DNA of 64,000 nt, taken from positions 125,238-189,237 of the forward strand of contig CAMYLJ010000022.1 of the NCBI GenBank assembly GCA_947259215.1. The letters are read 5' to 3'. Each line of letters opens with the position of its first letter. Position 1 is the first letter of the stretch. Position numbers and translations under genes: made by a program. A model generated the notes under the pieces. It saw nothing but the letters and a program-made list of their open reading frames with translations. It searched no databases and was not told the origin of the DNA. Shown piece by piece: positions 1-9,211 of the stretch. This DNA is from an uncultured delta proteobacterium (GTDB taxonomy: Bacteria > Myxococcota_A > UBA9160 > JAFDET01).

Positions 1-836
1 TCCTCGGCACCCTGATCGCCCTGGGACTGCGGCCCGTGCCGGTGCCCATGAGCGAGGAGGGGCCGGACCTGGCGGCGCTCGAGCGGGTGCTCGCCCAGCC
101 CGAGGTGAAGCTCTTCTACACGATTCCCACCTTCCACAACCCGATGGGCGTCACGACGAGCGTGCGTCATCGCCGGGCGCTGCTGGCGCTGGCGGCCCGC
201 ACCGGAACCCCGCTGATCGAAGACGCCTTCGAGATGGACCTCTTCGACGCGCGGCCCGTCCCGCCGCTGGCGGCGCTCGACCGCGCGGGCCTGGTGGTGC
301 ACCTCTTCTCGTTCTCGAAGTCGCTCTTTCCCGGGGCGCGGGTCGGCTCGATCCTGGCGCGCGGCCGCAGCGTCGAGGCGCTGCTGGCGCTGAAGCGCGC
401 CTCGGACCTCTCGGACGCGATGCCGCTCCAGGCCGCCATGGCGGAGTTCCTCGAGGGGGGCGGCTACGACCGCCACCTGACGAGCCTGCGCCGCGTGCTG
501 GCCGGGCGGCGCAAGGCGCTCCAGGCCGCGTTGGAGGAGCACCTGCCCGCGGGCTCGCGCTGGACCCGGCCCGACGGCGGCTACCAGACGTGGGTGGAGC
601 TGCCCGAGGGAATCGACACGGCGGAGCTGCTCGCCGACGCGGCGCGCGAGGGCGTGCTCTTCGCGCCTGGCTACCAGTTCCACTGCGACGGGCGGCCCTC
701 GCGGGCGCTGCGTCTCACTGTGGCCATGGTGGACGAGGAGGCCATCCGGCACGGCGTGGCGACCCTCGGGCGCCTGGCCCAGCAACGACTCCGCGCCGCG
801 CCGCGCCTGGGCGACGCCGCGAGCATTCACGTGTGA
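1..836 (+). CDS. MocR/GntR-family PLP-dependent regulator, C-terminal aminotransferase-fold domain (5' end lies outside the window); PdxR-like by context
   Basis: The frame of ORF 36..836 is open to the window edge. It has aminotransferase class I/II-like motifs (TIPTFHNPMG; FSFSKSLFPGARVG with the PLP-lysine context). It ends 19 nt before pdxS with a GGAGGA RBS in between. Confidence 0.75.
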   Translation, partial: LGTLIALGLRPVPVPMSEEGPDLAALERVLAQPEVKLFYTIPTFHNPMGVTTSVRHRRALLALAARTGTPLIEDAFEMDLFDARPVPPLAALDRAGLVVHLFSFSKSLFPGARVGSILARGRSVEALLALKRASDLSDAMPLQAAMAEFLEGGGYDRHLTSLRRVLAGRRKALQAALEEHLPAGSRWTRPDGGYQTWVELPEGIDTAELLADAAREGVLFAPGYQFHCDGRPSRALRLTVAMVDEEAIRHGVATLGRLAQQRLRAAPRLGDAASIHV

Positions 837-855
837 TCCGACGGAGGAATGAATC

Positions 856-1761
856 ATGGGCGAGAACGGAAACGGCAAGACGACGGCGCGCTCGTTCGAG
901 ATCAAGGTCGGGCTGGCCGAGATGCTGAAGGGCGGGGTCATCATGGACGTCACCACTCCCGAGCAGGCCAAGATCGCCGAGGACGCGGGCGCCGCGGCGG
1001 TGATGGCGCTGGAGCGCGTGCCGGCCGACATCCGCAAGGAGGGCGGGGTCGCGCGCATGGCGGCCGTGGAGGTGATCGAGGGCATCCAGCGCACGGTCTC
1101 GATCCCGGTGATGGCCAAGTGCCGGATCGGCCACCTGGCCGAGGCGAAGGTGCTCGAGTCGCTGGGCGTCGACTTCATCGACGAGAGCGAGGTGCTGACC
1201 CCGGCCGACGACCAGAACCACGTCTCCAAGCACTCCTTCTACGCGCCCTTCGTGTGCGGCGCGCGGAACCTGGGCGAGGCGCTGCGGCGCATCGGCGAGG
1301 GTGCGGCCATGATCCGCACCAAGGGCGAAGCGGGCAGCGGCAACATCGTCGAGGCGGTGCGGCACCTGCGCTCGGTCTGCGGCGAGATCCGAGCGCTCAC
1401 GACCCTGACCGAGGAAGAGCTGATGGCGAAGGCCAAGGAGCTCCAGGCCCCCTACGACGGGGTGCGCTACGTGCACGAGCACGGGCGCCTGCCGGTGCCG
1501 AACTTCGCGGCCGGCGGCGTGGCCACGCCTCCCGACGCGGCGCTCTGCATGTCACTCGGCGCCGAGGCGGTCTTCGTGGGCTCGGGGATCTTCAAGAGCG
1601 ACGACCCGGCGAGCCGCGCCCGCGCCGTCGTGCGCGCGACGACGCACTGGCGCGAGCCCGAAGAGGTGCTCGGCGCCTGCCGCGGCCTCGGGAAGGCGAT
1701 GGAGGGGATCGAGATGGAGACCCTCGCCGAGTCGGAGCGCCTCGCGAACCGGGGGTGGTAG
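856..1761 (+). CDS. pdxS: Pyridoxal 5'-phosphate synthase, lyase subunit PdxS
   Basis: 301-aa ORF with full-length PdxS/SNZ hallmarks ([55 protein letters not shown]). Confidence 0.97.
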   Translation: MGENGNGKTTARSFEIKVGLAEMLKGGVIMDVTTPEQAKIAEDAGAAAVMALERVPADIRKEGGVARMAAVEVIEGIQRTVSIPVMAKCRIGHLAEAKVLESLGVDFIDESEVLTPADDQNHVSKHSFYAPFVCGARNLGEALRRIGEGAAMIRTKGEAGSGNIVEAVRHLRSVCGEIRALTTLTEEELMAKAKELQAPYDGVRYVHEHGRLPVPNFAAGGVATPPDAALCMSLGAEAVFVGSGIFKSDDPASRARAVVRATTHWREPEEVLGACRGLGKAMEGIEMETLAESERLANRGW

Positions 1762-1769
1762 CGATCGCG

Positions 1770-1890
1770 CGCTCCGGGGAGGCCGGGGTCCCTGCGGCGA
1801 TGTCCTCGCGCGCTGCGGGGTATGGGGCCAGTACAGAATCCGTCAGCGCGCTGCGGATTACGCCTCCGGGACCCCGGCCTCCCCGGAGCG
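1770..1890. repeat. Palindromic MITE/REP-like element in the pdxS-pdxT spacer
   Basis: Perfect 23-bp inverted repeats (1770..1792 cgctccggggaggccggggtccc, and its reverse complement at 1868..1890) are separated by 75 nt. The interior carries a 33-nt core (1839..1871) that recurs inverted at 9236..9268. Confidence 0.6.
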
Positions 1891-1957
1891 GCGGGAGCTT
1901 GCACGGGGTTCGCGGGGCGATCCGACTGCGTCTCGGGATGAGCGTGGAGGAGCAGTT

Positions 1958-2527
1958 GTGAGTGTGCCGGTGGTCGGCATCCTGGCGGTGCAGGGGGATG
2001 TGGAGGCGCATGCCGCGGCCCTCGGGCGGGTCGGCGCTGACGCGCGACCGGTGCTGCGGGAGAAGGACCTGGACGGGCTTGCGGCGCTGATCCTGCCCGG
2101 CGGGGAGAGCACCACGATTGCGAAGGGGCTGGATCGGCTGGGGCTGTGGGAGCCGTTGCGGGCGTTCGCGCGGGCGGGGCAGCCGGTGCTCGGGACCTGC
2201 GCGGGCGCCATCCTGCTGGCGCGGGAGGTGGAGAACCACCCGGTGCCCACCCTGGGCCTGCTCGACTGCCGGGCGGCCCGCAACGCCTACGGCACCCAGG
2301 TGGACTCCTTCGCGGCCCCGGTGGATCCAGACGCGGCGGAAGGCCTCGAGGGGCTCCGCTGCGTCTTCATCCGGGCGCCGGAGCTGAGAGATCCCGGGCC
2401 CGGAGTGTCGATCCTCGCACGGGTGGAGAAGCGGCCGGTGCTGGTGCGGCAGGGGAGCCTGCTGGCGGCAACCTTCCACCCGGAGCTGACCCAGGACCCC
2501 CGGATCCACGCCCTGCTGCTGGCGTAG
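1958..2527 (+). CDS. pdxT: Pyridoxal 5'-phosphate synthase, glutaminase subunit PdxT
   Basis: GTG start, 189 aa. It has PdxT/SNO amidotransferase motifs (GILAVQGD, LILPGGESTT, GTCAGAILLA with the nucleophile Cys, FHPELT). Confidence 0.95.
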   Translation: MSVPVVGILAVQGDVEAHAAALGRVGADARPVLREKDLDGLAALILPGGESTTIAKGLDRLGLWEPLRAFARAGQPVLGTCAGAILLAREVENHPVPTLGLLDCRAARNAYGTQVDSFAAPVDPDAAEGLEGLRCVFIRAPELRDPGPGVSILARVEKRPVLVRQGSLLAATFHPELTQDPRIHALLLA

Positions 2528-2680
2528 GGGCGGCGATGGGCCGGATCTGCTACTCCCTGCGACCTCGCGGGGCAGTGAGCCCCGCTTACCACCTCGGTCC
2601 CCGAAGACGCCTCCGGACCCGCCGGAAGCCGTCGCAACCCGGGGGCCCGGCGGCGCGAGCCGCCCGTCCGAGGGGAGGCC

Positions 2681-3202
2681 ATGCGGGAGTTCGAAACCTG
2701 TTTCATCGTCCAGCCCGAGATCTCCGACGAGGGGTGCGCTGAGCTCTGCACCCGCCTCGACGGCATCCTCGAGAAGAGCGGCGCCCGCCGGGTGATGCTC
2801 GACGACTGGGGCAAGCGCAAGCTCGCCTACGAGATCAAGCACTTCCAGAAGGGCCACTACTTCTTCCTGCACTACCTGGACGCTCGGGGCCAGGTGGTGG
2901 AAGAGCTCGAACGCGTCCTGCGCCTCGAGGAGTCCGTGCTGCGCTTCCTCAGCGTGCGCGCCGACACCAAGGTGACCGACGTCGAGGCCCGCATCGCGGA
3001 AGGCGCGGAGCAGGAGCGGATCCAGCAGGAGAAGGCGGCGGAGCGGGCCGCGCGCGAGGCCGAGGCCGCCGCGGCCGCGGCCGCCCACGTACCCGCGCCC
3101 AGCGACGCGGCGCCCCCCGAGGCCGAGCCGGCCGAGGCCACGGCGGACGCCGACGAAGACGCGAGCGAGGAAGGGAAAAACCCGCGCGAGGAGGAGGAGT
3201 AG
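2681..3202 (+). CDS. rpsF: 30S ribosomal protein S6 with a long Ala/Glu-rich C-terminal tail
   Basis: The N-terminal ~95 aa are canonical S6 (FIVQPEISDEG, WGKRKLAYEI, GHYFFLHY). The remaining ~75 aa are low-complexity A/E/P. Confidence 0.95.
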   Translation: MREFETCFIVQPEISDEGCAELCTRLDGILEKSGARRVMLDDWGKRKLAYEIKHFQKGHYFFLHYLDARGQVVEELERVLRLEESVLRFLSVRADTKVTDVEARIAEGAEQERIQQEKAAERAAREAEAAAAAAAHVPAPSDAAPPEAEPAEATADADEDASEEGKNPREEEE

Positions 3203-3205
3203 GCC

Positions 3206-3694
3206 ATGTCCGAGGACACTCCGACCACCGATCCGGGCAGCCGGCCCGAGGGAGATCGACCGAGAGAGGATCGCGGCGACCGCGACTTCGGCGGGGGCGG
3301 CGGCGGCCGCTTTGGCGGGGGGGGCGGCGGCGGCCGCTTCGGCGGCCGCGACGGGGGCCGCGAGGGCGGCGGCCGCTTCGGCCGCGACCGGCGCGACGGC
3401 CCGCCCCAGCACCAGACCGTCAAGAGCCGACTGCGGGCCAGGGCTCGCAAGAAGGCCCGTAAGGCGCAAAAGAAGCTCTTCACCCGCAAGAAGGTCTCGC
3501 GCTTCACCACCGACCGGAAGCTCGAGATCGACTACAAGGACGCCAAGACGCTGCGGGGCTTCCTCACCGAGACCGGCAAGATCATCCCGCGCCGCATCTC
3601 GGGCAACACGGCGTCGCAGCAGCGCAAGCTGGCGCTGTCGGTAAAGCGGGCGCGGCACATCGCGCTGCTGCCGTACACCGACTCCCACCAGTAG
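3206..3694 (+). CDS. rpsR: 30S ribosomal protein S18 with a ~85-aa Arg/Gly-rich N-terminal extension
   Basis: The C-terminal ~75 aa are canonical S18 ([45 protein letters not shown]). The start lies 3 nt after the rpsF stop. Confidence 0.93.
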   Translation: MSEDTPTTDPGSRPEGDRPREDRGDRDFGGGGGGRFGGGGGGGRFGGRDGGREGGGRFGRDRRDGPPQHQTVKSRLRARARKKARKAQKKLFTRKKVSRFTTDRKLEIDYKDAKTLRGFLTETGKIIPRRISGNTASQQRKLALSVKRARHIALLPYTDSHQ

Positions 3695-3705
3695 GAGCGA
3701 GCGAC

Positions 3706-4278
3706 ATGGGCCAGGTGAAGCTCATCCTGCGCGAGGACGTCCCGAAGCTCGGCGACGCCGGCGACGTGGTCAGCGTGAAGCCCGGCTACGCGCGCAACTA
3801 CCTGATCCCCCGCGGGCTGGCGAGCCACGCCAGCGAAGGACGGCTGTCCGAGCTGGAGCACCACAGGCGTCAGATCGAGGAGAAGATCCAGAAGACGCGC
3901 AAGGATCAGGAGGCCGTGAAGAACAGCGTCGAGAAGCTGGCGCTGAGCGTCGAGATGCAGGCCGGAGAGGCGGGACGCCTCTTCGGCTCCGTCACGACCG
4001 CGAAGATCGCGGAGCTGCTGGCCGAGCAGGGCGTCAAGGTGGACCGCCGCAAGATCCAGCTGAAGGAGCCCGTCAAGGAGGTGGGGGATCACGAGGTAGC
4101 GGTGCGCCTGCACCGCGACGTCACGGCGAAGGTCACGCTCTCCGTCGTGGGGATCGGCGGGCCCGCCGCCCCCGAGGGCGAGCCCGCACCGGAGCCCACG
4201 CCGGAACCCGAGCCGGCTCCCGCCGACGACGAAGCGGAAGCCGGAGCCGCGGACGACGCCGAGGCCGAGTCCAGCTAG
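3706..4278 (+). CDS. rplI: 50S ribosomal protein L9 with a Pro/Glu/Ala-rich C-terminal tail
   Basis: It has the L9 N-domain (VKLILREDVPKLGDAGDVVSVKPGYARNYLIP) and C-domain, then ~40 aa of PEPxPEP/acidic tail. Confidence 0.95.
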   Translation: MGQVKLILREDVPKLGDAGDVVSVKPGYARNYLIPRGLASHASEGRLSELEHHRRQIEEKIQKTRKDQEAVKNSVEKLALSVEMQAGEAGRLFGSVTTAKIAELLAEQGVKVDRRKIQLKEPVKEVGDHEVAVRLHRDVTAKVTLSVVGIGGPAAPEGEPAPEPTPEPEPAPADDEAEAGAADDAEAESS

Positions 4279-4320
4279 GCGTGGTATAAACGTCGGCACG
4301 CCCTGACAACCACGGGGGGT

Positions 4321-5721
4321 GTGGTGTCTCGCGTTCCGCCCCAGGACCTCGACGCGGAGAAGGCGGTGCTCTCCGCCGTCCTCCTCGACAACGACGCGCT
4401 CCACGCGGTCTACACCGAGGTGAAGCCGGACGACTTCTACCATCCGGCACACCGCGAGCTCTACAGCGCCATGATCGCGCTGCGCGACGGCAACGAGCCC
4501 GTCGACCTGCACACGCTCTCCGACTACCTGAACACCCGCAAGACCCTCGACGCCATCGGCGGGCCGGTCTTCCTGGCGGAGATCGCCGACTACGAGTCGA
4601 CGGCCGCCAACGTGCAGCACCACGCGCGCATCGTGCGCGACAAGTCGGTCAAGCGCGCCCTGATCAGCACGGCCACCGAGATCGTCGAGGCCGGCTTCGA
4701 GGGCGGCGACCGGGCCGACCTGCTGCTCGACCACGCCGAGTCGAAGATCTTCGAGATCAGCCAGGAACGGGCCTCCGTCACCTTCCGCAGCCTGCACGAC
4801 GAGATGCAGGACACCTTCGACTACGTCGAGATGCTGATGAACCGCGGCGGCGAGCTGACGGGCCTGGCCACCGGCTTCCGCGACTTCGACGACATGACCG
4901 GCGGGCTGCAGCGAGGCGAGCTCATCATCATCGCCGCGCGGCCCAGCATGGGGAAGACCGCGCTGGCGCTGAACCTGGCGCGCAACGCCGCGGTGGACCA
5001 CGGCTCGAAGGTGGCCGTGTTCTCGCTCGAGATGACCACCCGGGCGCTGGTCCTGCGCCTGCTGTCGGCGGAGGCGGGCATCGACTTCGCCACCTTCCGC
5101 CGCGGCCACATCGCCACCAACGACTACACCCGGCTCTCCCAGGCGGCCGGGCGCCTGGGCAGCGCGCCGATCTGGATCGACGACTCCGGCGCCGCCACGG
5201 TGCTGGAGATGAAGGCCAAGAGCCGCCGCCTGCGCGCGGAGCGCGGCCTCGACCTGGTGATCGTGGACTACCTCCAGCTGGCCCACGGCGACCGCAACTC
5301 CGAGCGGCGCGAGCAGGAGATCTCGGAGATCAGCCGCGGCCTGAAGGCGCTGGCGAAGGAGCTCGACATTCCCGTGATCGCGCTCTCCCAGCTGAACCGC
5401 GGCCCGGAGCTGCGCTCCGGCGAGGACAAGCGACCCAAGCTGGCCGACCTGCGCGAGAGCGGCGCCATCGAGCAGGACGCCGACGTGATCGGCTTCATCT
5501 ACCGCGACGTCGTCTACAACCGGGAGTCCGACGAGCGGGAGGCCGAGCTCATCATCTCCAAACAGCGAAACGGGCCGACCGGCACCGTCCACCTGGACTT
5601 CGAGGCGCGCTTCGCCCGCTTCGCCGATCGCACGCTGCGGCAGGAAGAGTCCTACGGCGCGCCCGCGAGCTTCGTCGGCCCGGCGTCCGAGGGGGCCGAC
5701 GACGGGGACGTCCCCTTCTAG
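4321..5721 (+). CDS. dnaB: Replicative DNA helicase DnaB
   Basis: GTG start, 466 aa. It has the N-domain PPQDLDAEKAVLSAVLLD, Walker A ARPSMGKT, Walker B LVIVDYLQL and SQLNR. The size is normal, so there is no intein. Confidence 0.97.
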   Translation: MVSRVPPQDLDAEKAVLSAVLLDNDALHAVYTEVKPDDFYHPAHRELYSAMIALRDGNEPVDLHTLSDYLNTRKTLDAIGGPVFLAEIADYESTAANVQHHARIVRDKSVKRALISTATEIVEAGFEGGDRADLLLDHAESKIFEISQERASVTFRSLHDEMQDTFDYVEMLMNRGGELTGLATGFRDFDDMTGGLQRGELIIIAARPSMGKTALALNLARNAAVDHGSKVAVFSLEMTTRALVLRLLSAEAGIDFATFRRGHIATNDYTRLSQAAGRLGSAPIWIDDSGAATVLEMKAKSRRLRAERGLDLVIVDYLQLAHGDRNSERREQEISEISRGLKALAKELDIPVIALSQLNRGPELRSGEDKRPKLADLRESGAIEQDADVIGFIYRDVVYNRESDEREAELIISKQRNGPTGTVHLDFEARFARFADRTLRQEESYGAPASFVGPASEGADDGDVPF

Positions 5722-6642
5722 GTGCCTCGCCTCACGAAGCCCCGTGCCCTCCCGCCCGGCGGCACCATCGGCCTGGCGGCTCCGGCCGGCCCCGTGGATC
5801 CGGACAAGCTGGCGACGGGCGAGGCCCTGCTGCGCGAGGCCGGCTACCGCGTGGCCCGGCGCGACGACCTGCTGGCACGCTGCGGCTACCTGGCCGGCGA
5901 CGACGCCCGCCGGGCCGCCGAGCTCGCCGATCTGTGGGCGGACCCCGAGGTGGACGCCATCGTCTGCGCCCGCGGCGGCTACGGCTGCCACCGGATCGCG
6001 CTCCAGCTCGACCCGGCGGCGGCCCGCGCGGCCCGCAAGCCGCTGGTCGGCTACAGCGACGTCACCACCCTGCTGCTTTGGCAGCGCCGCTGCGCCGGGC
6101 TGCTGGGCTTCCACGGCCCGATGCTCGAGCGGGGCGACGGCCTGGACGGAGAGGTGGTGGAGGCCTGGCTCGCGGCGCTCTCCGGGCGCGGCCCGGCGCG
6201 AACGGCCCTGCCGGGCGAGGGCCACGGCGGCGGGCGCGCGCAGGGGCGGCTCGTCGGAGGCTCGCTGGCGCTGGTCGTGGCCAGCCTGGGCACGCCGTGG
6301 GAGATCGACACCCGCGGCGCCATCCTGCTGGTGGAGGAGGTGGGAGAGCGCCCGTTCCGGATCGACCGCTGCTTCGCGCAGCTGCGCGCCGCCGGCAAGC
6401 TCGCCGGCCTGGCGGGGCTCGGCGTGGGCGGCCTCGTCGAGTGCGACGATCCGCGCTATCCCGAGTCCGATGCCCGCGAGGTGATTCTCGAGGCCGCGGC
6501 CGAGCTCCAGCTGCCCGTGGTCACGGGGCTTCCCTTCGGGCACGTCGATCGGAACCAGATCTGGCCCGTCGGAGCGCGGGCGGAGATCGACGGCGAGCGG
6601 GGTGAGCTGGTCGTGCTGGAGCGGGGGGTGGCGAGACCATGA
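5722..6642 (+). CDS. ldcA: LD-carboxypeptidase (muramoyltetrapeptide carboxypeptidase, peptidase S66)
   Basis: The GTG start follows the dnaB stop with no gap. It has S66 hallmarks (GYSDVTTLL nucleophile context, GLPFGH near the C-terminus). Confidence 0.85.
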   Translation: MPRLTKPRALPPGGTIGLAAPAGPVDPDKLATGEALLREAGYRVARRDDLLARCGYLAGDDARRAAELADLWADPEVDAIVCARGGYGCHRIALQLDPAAARAARKPLVGYSDVTTLLLWQRRCAGLLGFHGPMLERGDGLDGEVVEAWLAALSGRGPARTALPGEGHGGGRAQGRLVGGSLALVVASLGTPWEIDTRGAILLVEEVGERPFRIDRCFAQLRAAGKLAGLAGLGVGGLVECDDPRYPESDAREVILEAAAELQLPVVTGLPFGHVDRNQIWPVGARAEIDGERGELVVLERGVARP

Positions 6643-7802
6643 GACGCAGCGTGATCGAGCGCAAGCTGCGCCGGGTGGACACCGCCCTCGACAAGGCGAT
6701 CGCGAAGAACGAGATCCCGGGCGCGGTGGTCCTGGCGCGCATGCCCCGCGACGGCGAGCTGCTGGAGCACGCGTCGGTGCGGGGCCTGGCCGTGGTGCGA
6801 CCCGAGCGCCTGCCCATGACGCGCGAAACGCTCTTCGACCTGGCCTCGCTCACCAAGGCCCTGGCCACCACCACGGCCGTCATGCTGCTCTGCGAGGAGG
6901 GCGTCGTCGCCCTGGACGACCCGGTGGCGAAGCACCTGCCCGCCTTCGGCGAGCGCGAGAAGGAAGGCGTGACCTTGCGCCACCTCCTCAGCCACTCCTC
7001 CGGGCTGAAGCCCTGGCGTCCCTTCCACGACGTCATCCTGGAGCGCGACCGCAAGACCCTCGGCGCCCCGCTGCTGGGGACGCCGGAGGCGCGGGAGCTG
7101 GTGGTGGACCGCATCGCCCGTTCTGCGCTGGTGCACGCGCCCGGCGAGGCCGCGGTCTACGGCGACCTCGACTTCATCATCCTGGGCGCCCTGGTCGAGA
7201 CGCTGACGGGCAAGCCCTTCGACGAGTTCTGCGCCTCCCGGATCTTCACGCCCCTGGGAATGACGAACACGGGCTTCCTGACGGCGCCGGCCGGCGGTGG
7301 CGCGCTGCCGGAGGCGGAGCGGCGCCGCTACGCGGCCAGCGAGAACTGCCCCTGGCGCGGTCGCATCGTGTGGGGCGAGGTGCACGACCCGAACGCGTCG
7401 GCCATGGGGGGCGTGGCGGGGCACGCGGGTCTCTTCGCACCGGCCGACGACGTGCTGCGCTTCGCCGGCGCGATCCTCGACGCCTGGCACGGCCGCCCGG
7501 GTCCGCTCCCGGGCGACCGCGTGCGCGAGTTCGCGGAGCGCCAGCGCCTGCCCGAAGGCTCCGACTGGGCGCTCGGCTGGGACACGCCGACGCCGGGCGC
7601 GTCGTCGTCGGGGGCGCACTTCTCGGAGCACTCCATCGGGCACCTCGGGTTCACGGGCACCTCGCTCTGGATCGACCTCGAGCGCGAGACCGTGGTGGTG
7701 ATGCTCACGAACCGCGCCCACCTGGTCGCCAAGCGCAGCCGCTTCGAACTCCGGCCGCAGGTGCACGATCTGGTGCTGGAGGCCTTCCTGGCCGAGGCAT
7801 GA
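6639..7802 (+). CDS. Serine hydrolase of the beta-lactamase/transpeptidase fold (AmpH/class-C-like)
   Basis: 387 aa with the SxxK motif in DLASLTKALATT. It has an ATGA overlap with ldcA and with the next gene. Confidence 0.85.
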   Translation: MRRSVIERKLRRVDTALDKAIAKNEIPGAVVLARMPRDGELLEHASVRGLAVVRPERLPMTRETLFDLASLTKALATTTAVMLLCEEGVVALDDPVAKHLPAFGEREKEGVTLRHLLSHSSGLKPWRPFHDVILERDRKTLGAPLLGTPEARELVVDRIARSALVHAPGEAAVYGDLDFIILGALVETLTGKPFDEFCASRIFTPLGMTNTGFLTAPAGGGALPEAERRRYAASENCPWRGRIVWGEVHDPNASAMGGVAGHAGLFAPADDVLRFAGAILDAWHGRPGPLPGDRVREFAERQRLPEGSDWALGWDTPTPGASSSGAHFSEHSIGHLGFTGTSLWIDLERETVVVMLTNRAHLVAKRSRFELRPQVHDLVLEAFLAEA

Positions 7803-9211
7803 ATCCCCAGCGCGTGCACTTCGTCGGCATCGGCGGCACGGGCATGGGCTCGCTGGCGGGACTGCTGCGCGCCCGCGGCATCGCCGTCAGCGGCTCCGAC
7901 GAGAAGCTCTACCCGCCCATGAGCACGGCGCTGGCCGGCTGGGGCATTCCCGTGCGCGAGGGCTTCGCCGCAGAGCACGTGACGGCGGAGCAGCCCGAGC
8001 TCGTGGTGATCGGCAACGTCTGCCGGCCGGACAACCCGGAGGCGCGCGCCGCCATCGACGGGGGCTACGCCTATCTCTCCTTCTCGGACGCGCTCTACCA
8101 GCTGGCGATGCGCGAGAAGCACTCGCTGGTGGTGACCGGAACCCACGGCAAGACCACCACCGCGGCCATGCTGGCGAGCGTGTTGGTGGAGTGCGGCCGC
8201 GATCCGTCGGCACTGGTGGGCGGGATCGCCGCCAACCTGGACGGCAGCTTCCGCGAGGGAGCCGGGCCCGACTTCGTGGTGGAGGGTGACGAGTACGACA
8301 CGGCTTTCTTCGACAAGACCCCGAAGTTCCTGCACTACCACCCACGCACCGCGATCCTCACCTCGATCGAGTTCGACCATGCCGACATCTACCGGGACCT
8401 GGACCACGTCAAGGCGGCCTTCCTCGCGCTCGTGTCCGGCATGCCCGCCGACGGCTGCCTGATCGTCTACGCCGACGACGCGAACGTGGCCGACGTGGTA
8501 GCCGACGCGCCCTGCCGGGTCGTCCGCTACGGCGTCCGGGACGGAAGCTGGCGCGCCGGCGAGCTGCGACCGGGCAGCGACGGGACGCGCTTCGCCATCT
8601 CCCGGGACGGCACCGCCGTGGGCGAGGCGCAGCTCGCGGCCTGGGGCCGGCACAACGTCGCCAACGCCCTGGCCGCGGTGGCGGCCGCCGTCGAGCGGGG
8701 CGCCGCGCCCGAGGAGGCCGTGCGCGCCCTGGCCCGCTATCGCGGCGTGCGCCGGCGGCTCGAGGTGCGGGGCGAGATCGGCGGTGTCGTGGTCCTCGAC
8801 GACTTCGCCCACCACCCGACCGCCGTGCGCGCGACCCTGGCCGCAGTGCGCGCGCGCTACCCGGACCGACGCGTGGTGGCGATCTTCGAACCCCGCAGCA
8901 ACACCAGCCGCCGAGCGCTCTTCCAGAAGGACTACGCCGCCGCCCTCGCCGGCGCGGACCGGGTCGCGATCCGGGCCGTGCCCGACGCGCCGATCTACAG
9001 CGCCTTCGGCGAGGTGGGCGAGCGCCTCGACGCCCACGCCCTGGCGCGGCAGATCTCGGCCGCCGGCCCTCCCGCCGAAGCGATCGAAGACGTCGACGCC
9101 CTCGCCGAACGGCTGGCCGCGGACGCCGCTCCCGGAGACGTCCTGCTCGTGATGAGCAACGGCGACTTCGACGGACTGTTCGACAAGCTCCTGCCACGTC
9201 TGAGCTCGTAG
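7799..9211 (+). CDS. mpl: UDP-N-acetylmuramate:L-alanyl-gamma-D-glutamyl-meso-diaminopimelate ligase (Mpl)
   Basis: Internal ATG at 7799 in the frame of ORF 6602..9211. It has Mur-ligase motifs (FVGIGGTGMGSLA, TGTHGKTTT, EGDEYDTAFFDK). 470 aa. Confidence 0.9.
   Translation: MNPQRVHFVGIGGTGMGSLAGLLRARGIAVSGSDEKLYPPMSTALAGWGIPVREGFAAEHVTAEQPELVVIGNVCRPDNPEARAAIDGGYAYLSFSDALYQLAMREKHSLVVTGTHGKTTTAAMLASVLVECGRDPSALVGGIAANLDGSFREGAGPDFVVEGDEYDTAFFDKTPKFLHYHPRTAILTSIEFDHADIYRDLDHVKAAFLALVSGMPADGCLIVYADDANVADVVADAPCRVVRYGVRDGSWRAGELRPGSDGTRFAISRDGTAVGEAQLAAWGRHNVANALAAVAAAVERGAAPEEAVRALARYRGVRRRLEVRGEIGGVVVLDDFAHHPTAVRATLAAVRARYPDRRVVAIFEPRSNTSRRALFQKDYAAALAGADRVAIRAVPDAPIYSAFGEVGERLDAHALARQISAAGPPAEAIEDVDALAERLAADAAPGDVLLVMSNGDFDGLFDKLLPRLSS

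Noticed and set aside
2528-2680. An S6:S18-binding ribosomal leader upstream of rpsF
   Set aside because: A hairpin (ccctgcga..tcgcgggg) exists, but I cannot recall the leader consensus well enough to match it. This needs a covariance-model scan.
4321-5721. Intein or mobile insertion in dnaB
   Set aside because: The protein is 466 aa with contiguous Walker A, Walker B and arginine-finger regions, which is a normal size.
3532-6543. Very long antisense or overlapping ORFs such as 3532..6543(-) 1003 aa, 1592..3688(-), 7328..10873(-) 1181 aa, 26225..29512(+), 37132..41427(-) 1431 aa, 42571..46653(+) 1360 aa and 48 kb-region frames
   Set aside because: Their translations are Arg/Ala/Gly/Pro-rich low-complexity strings with no motifs. 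They lie opposite or out of frame to genes with unmistakable family signatures. Stop codons are simply rare in off-frames of DNA this GC-rich.
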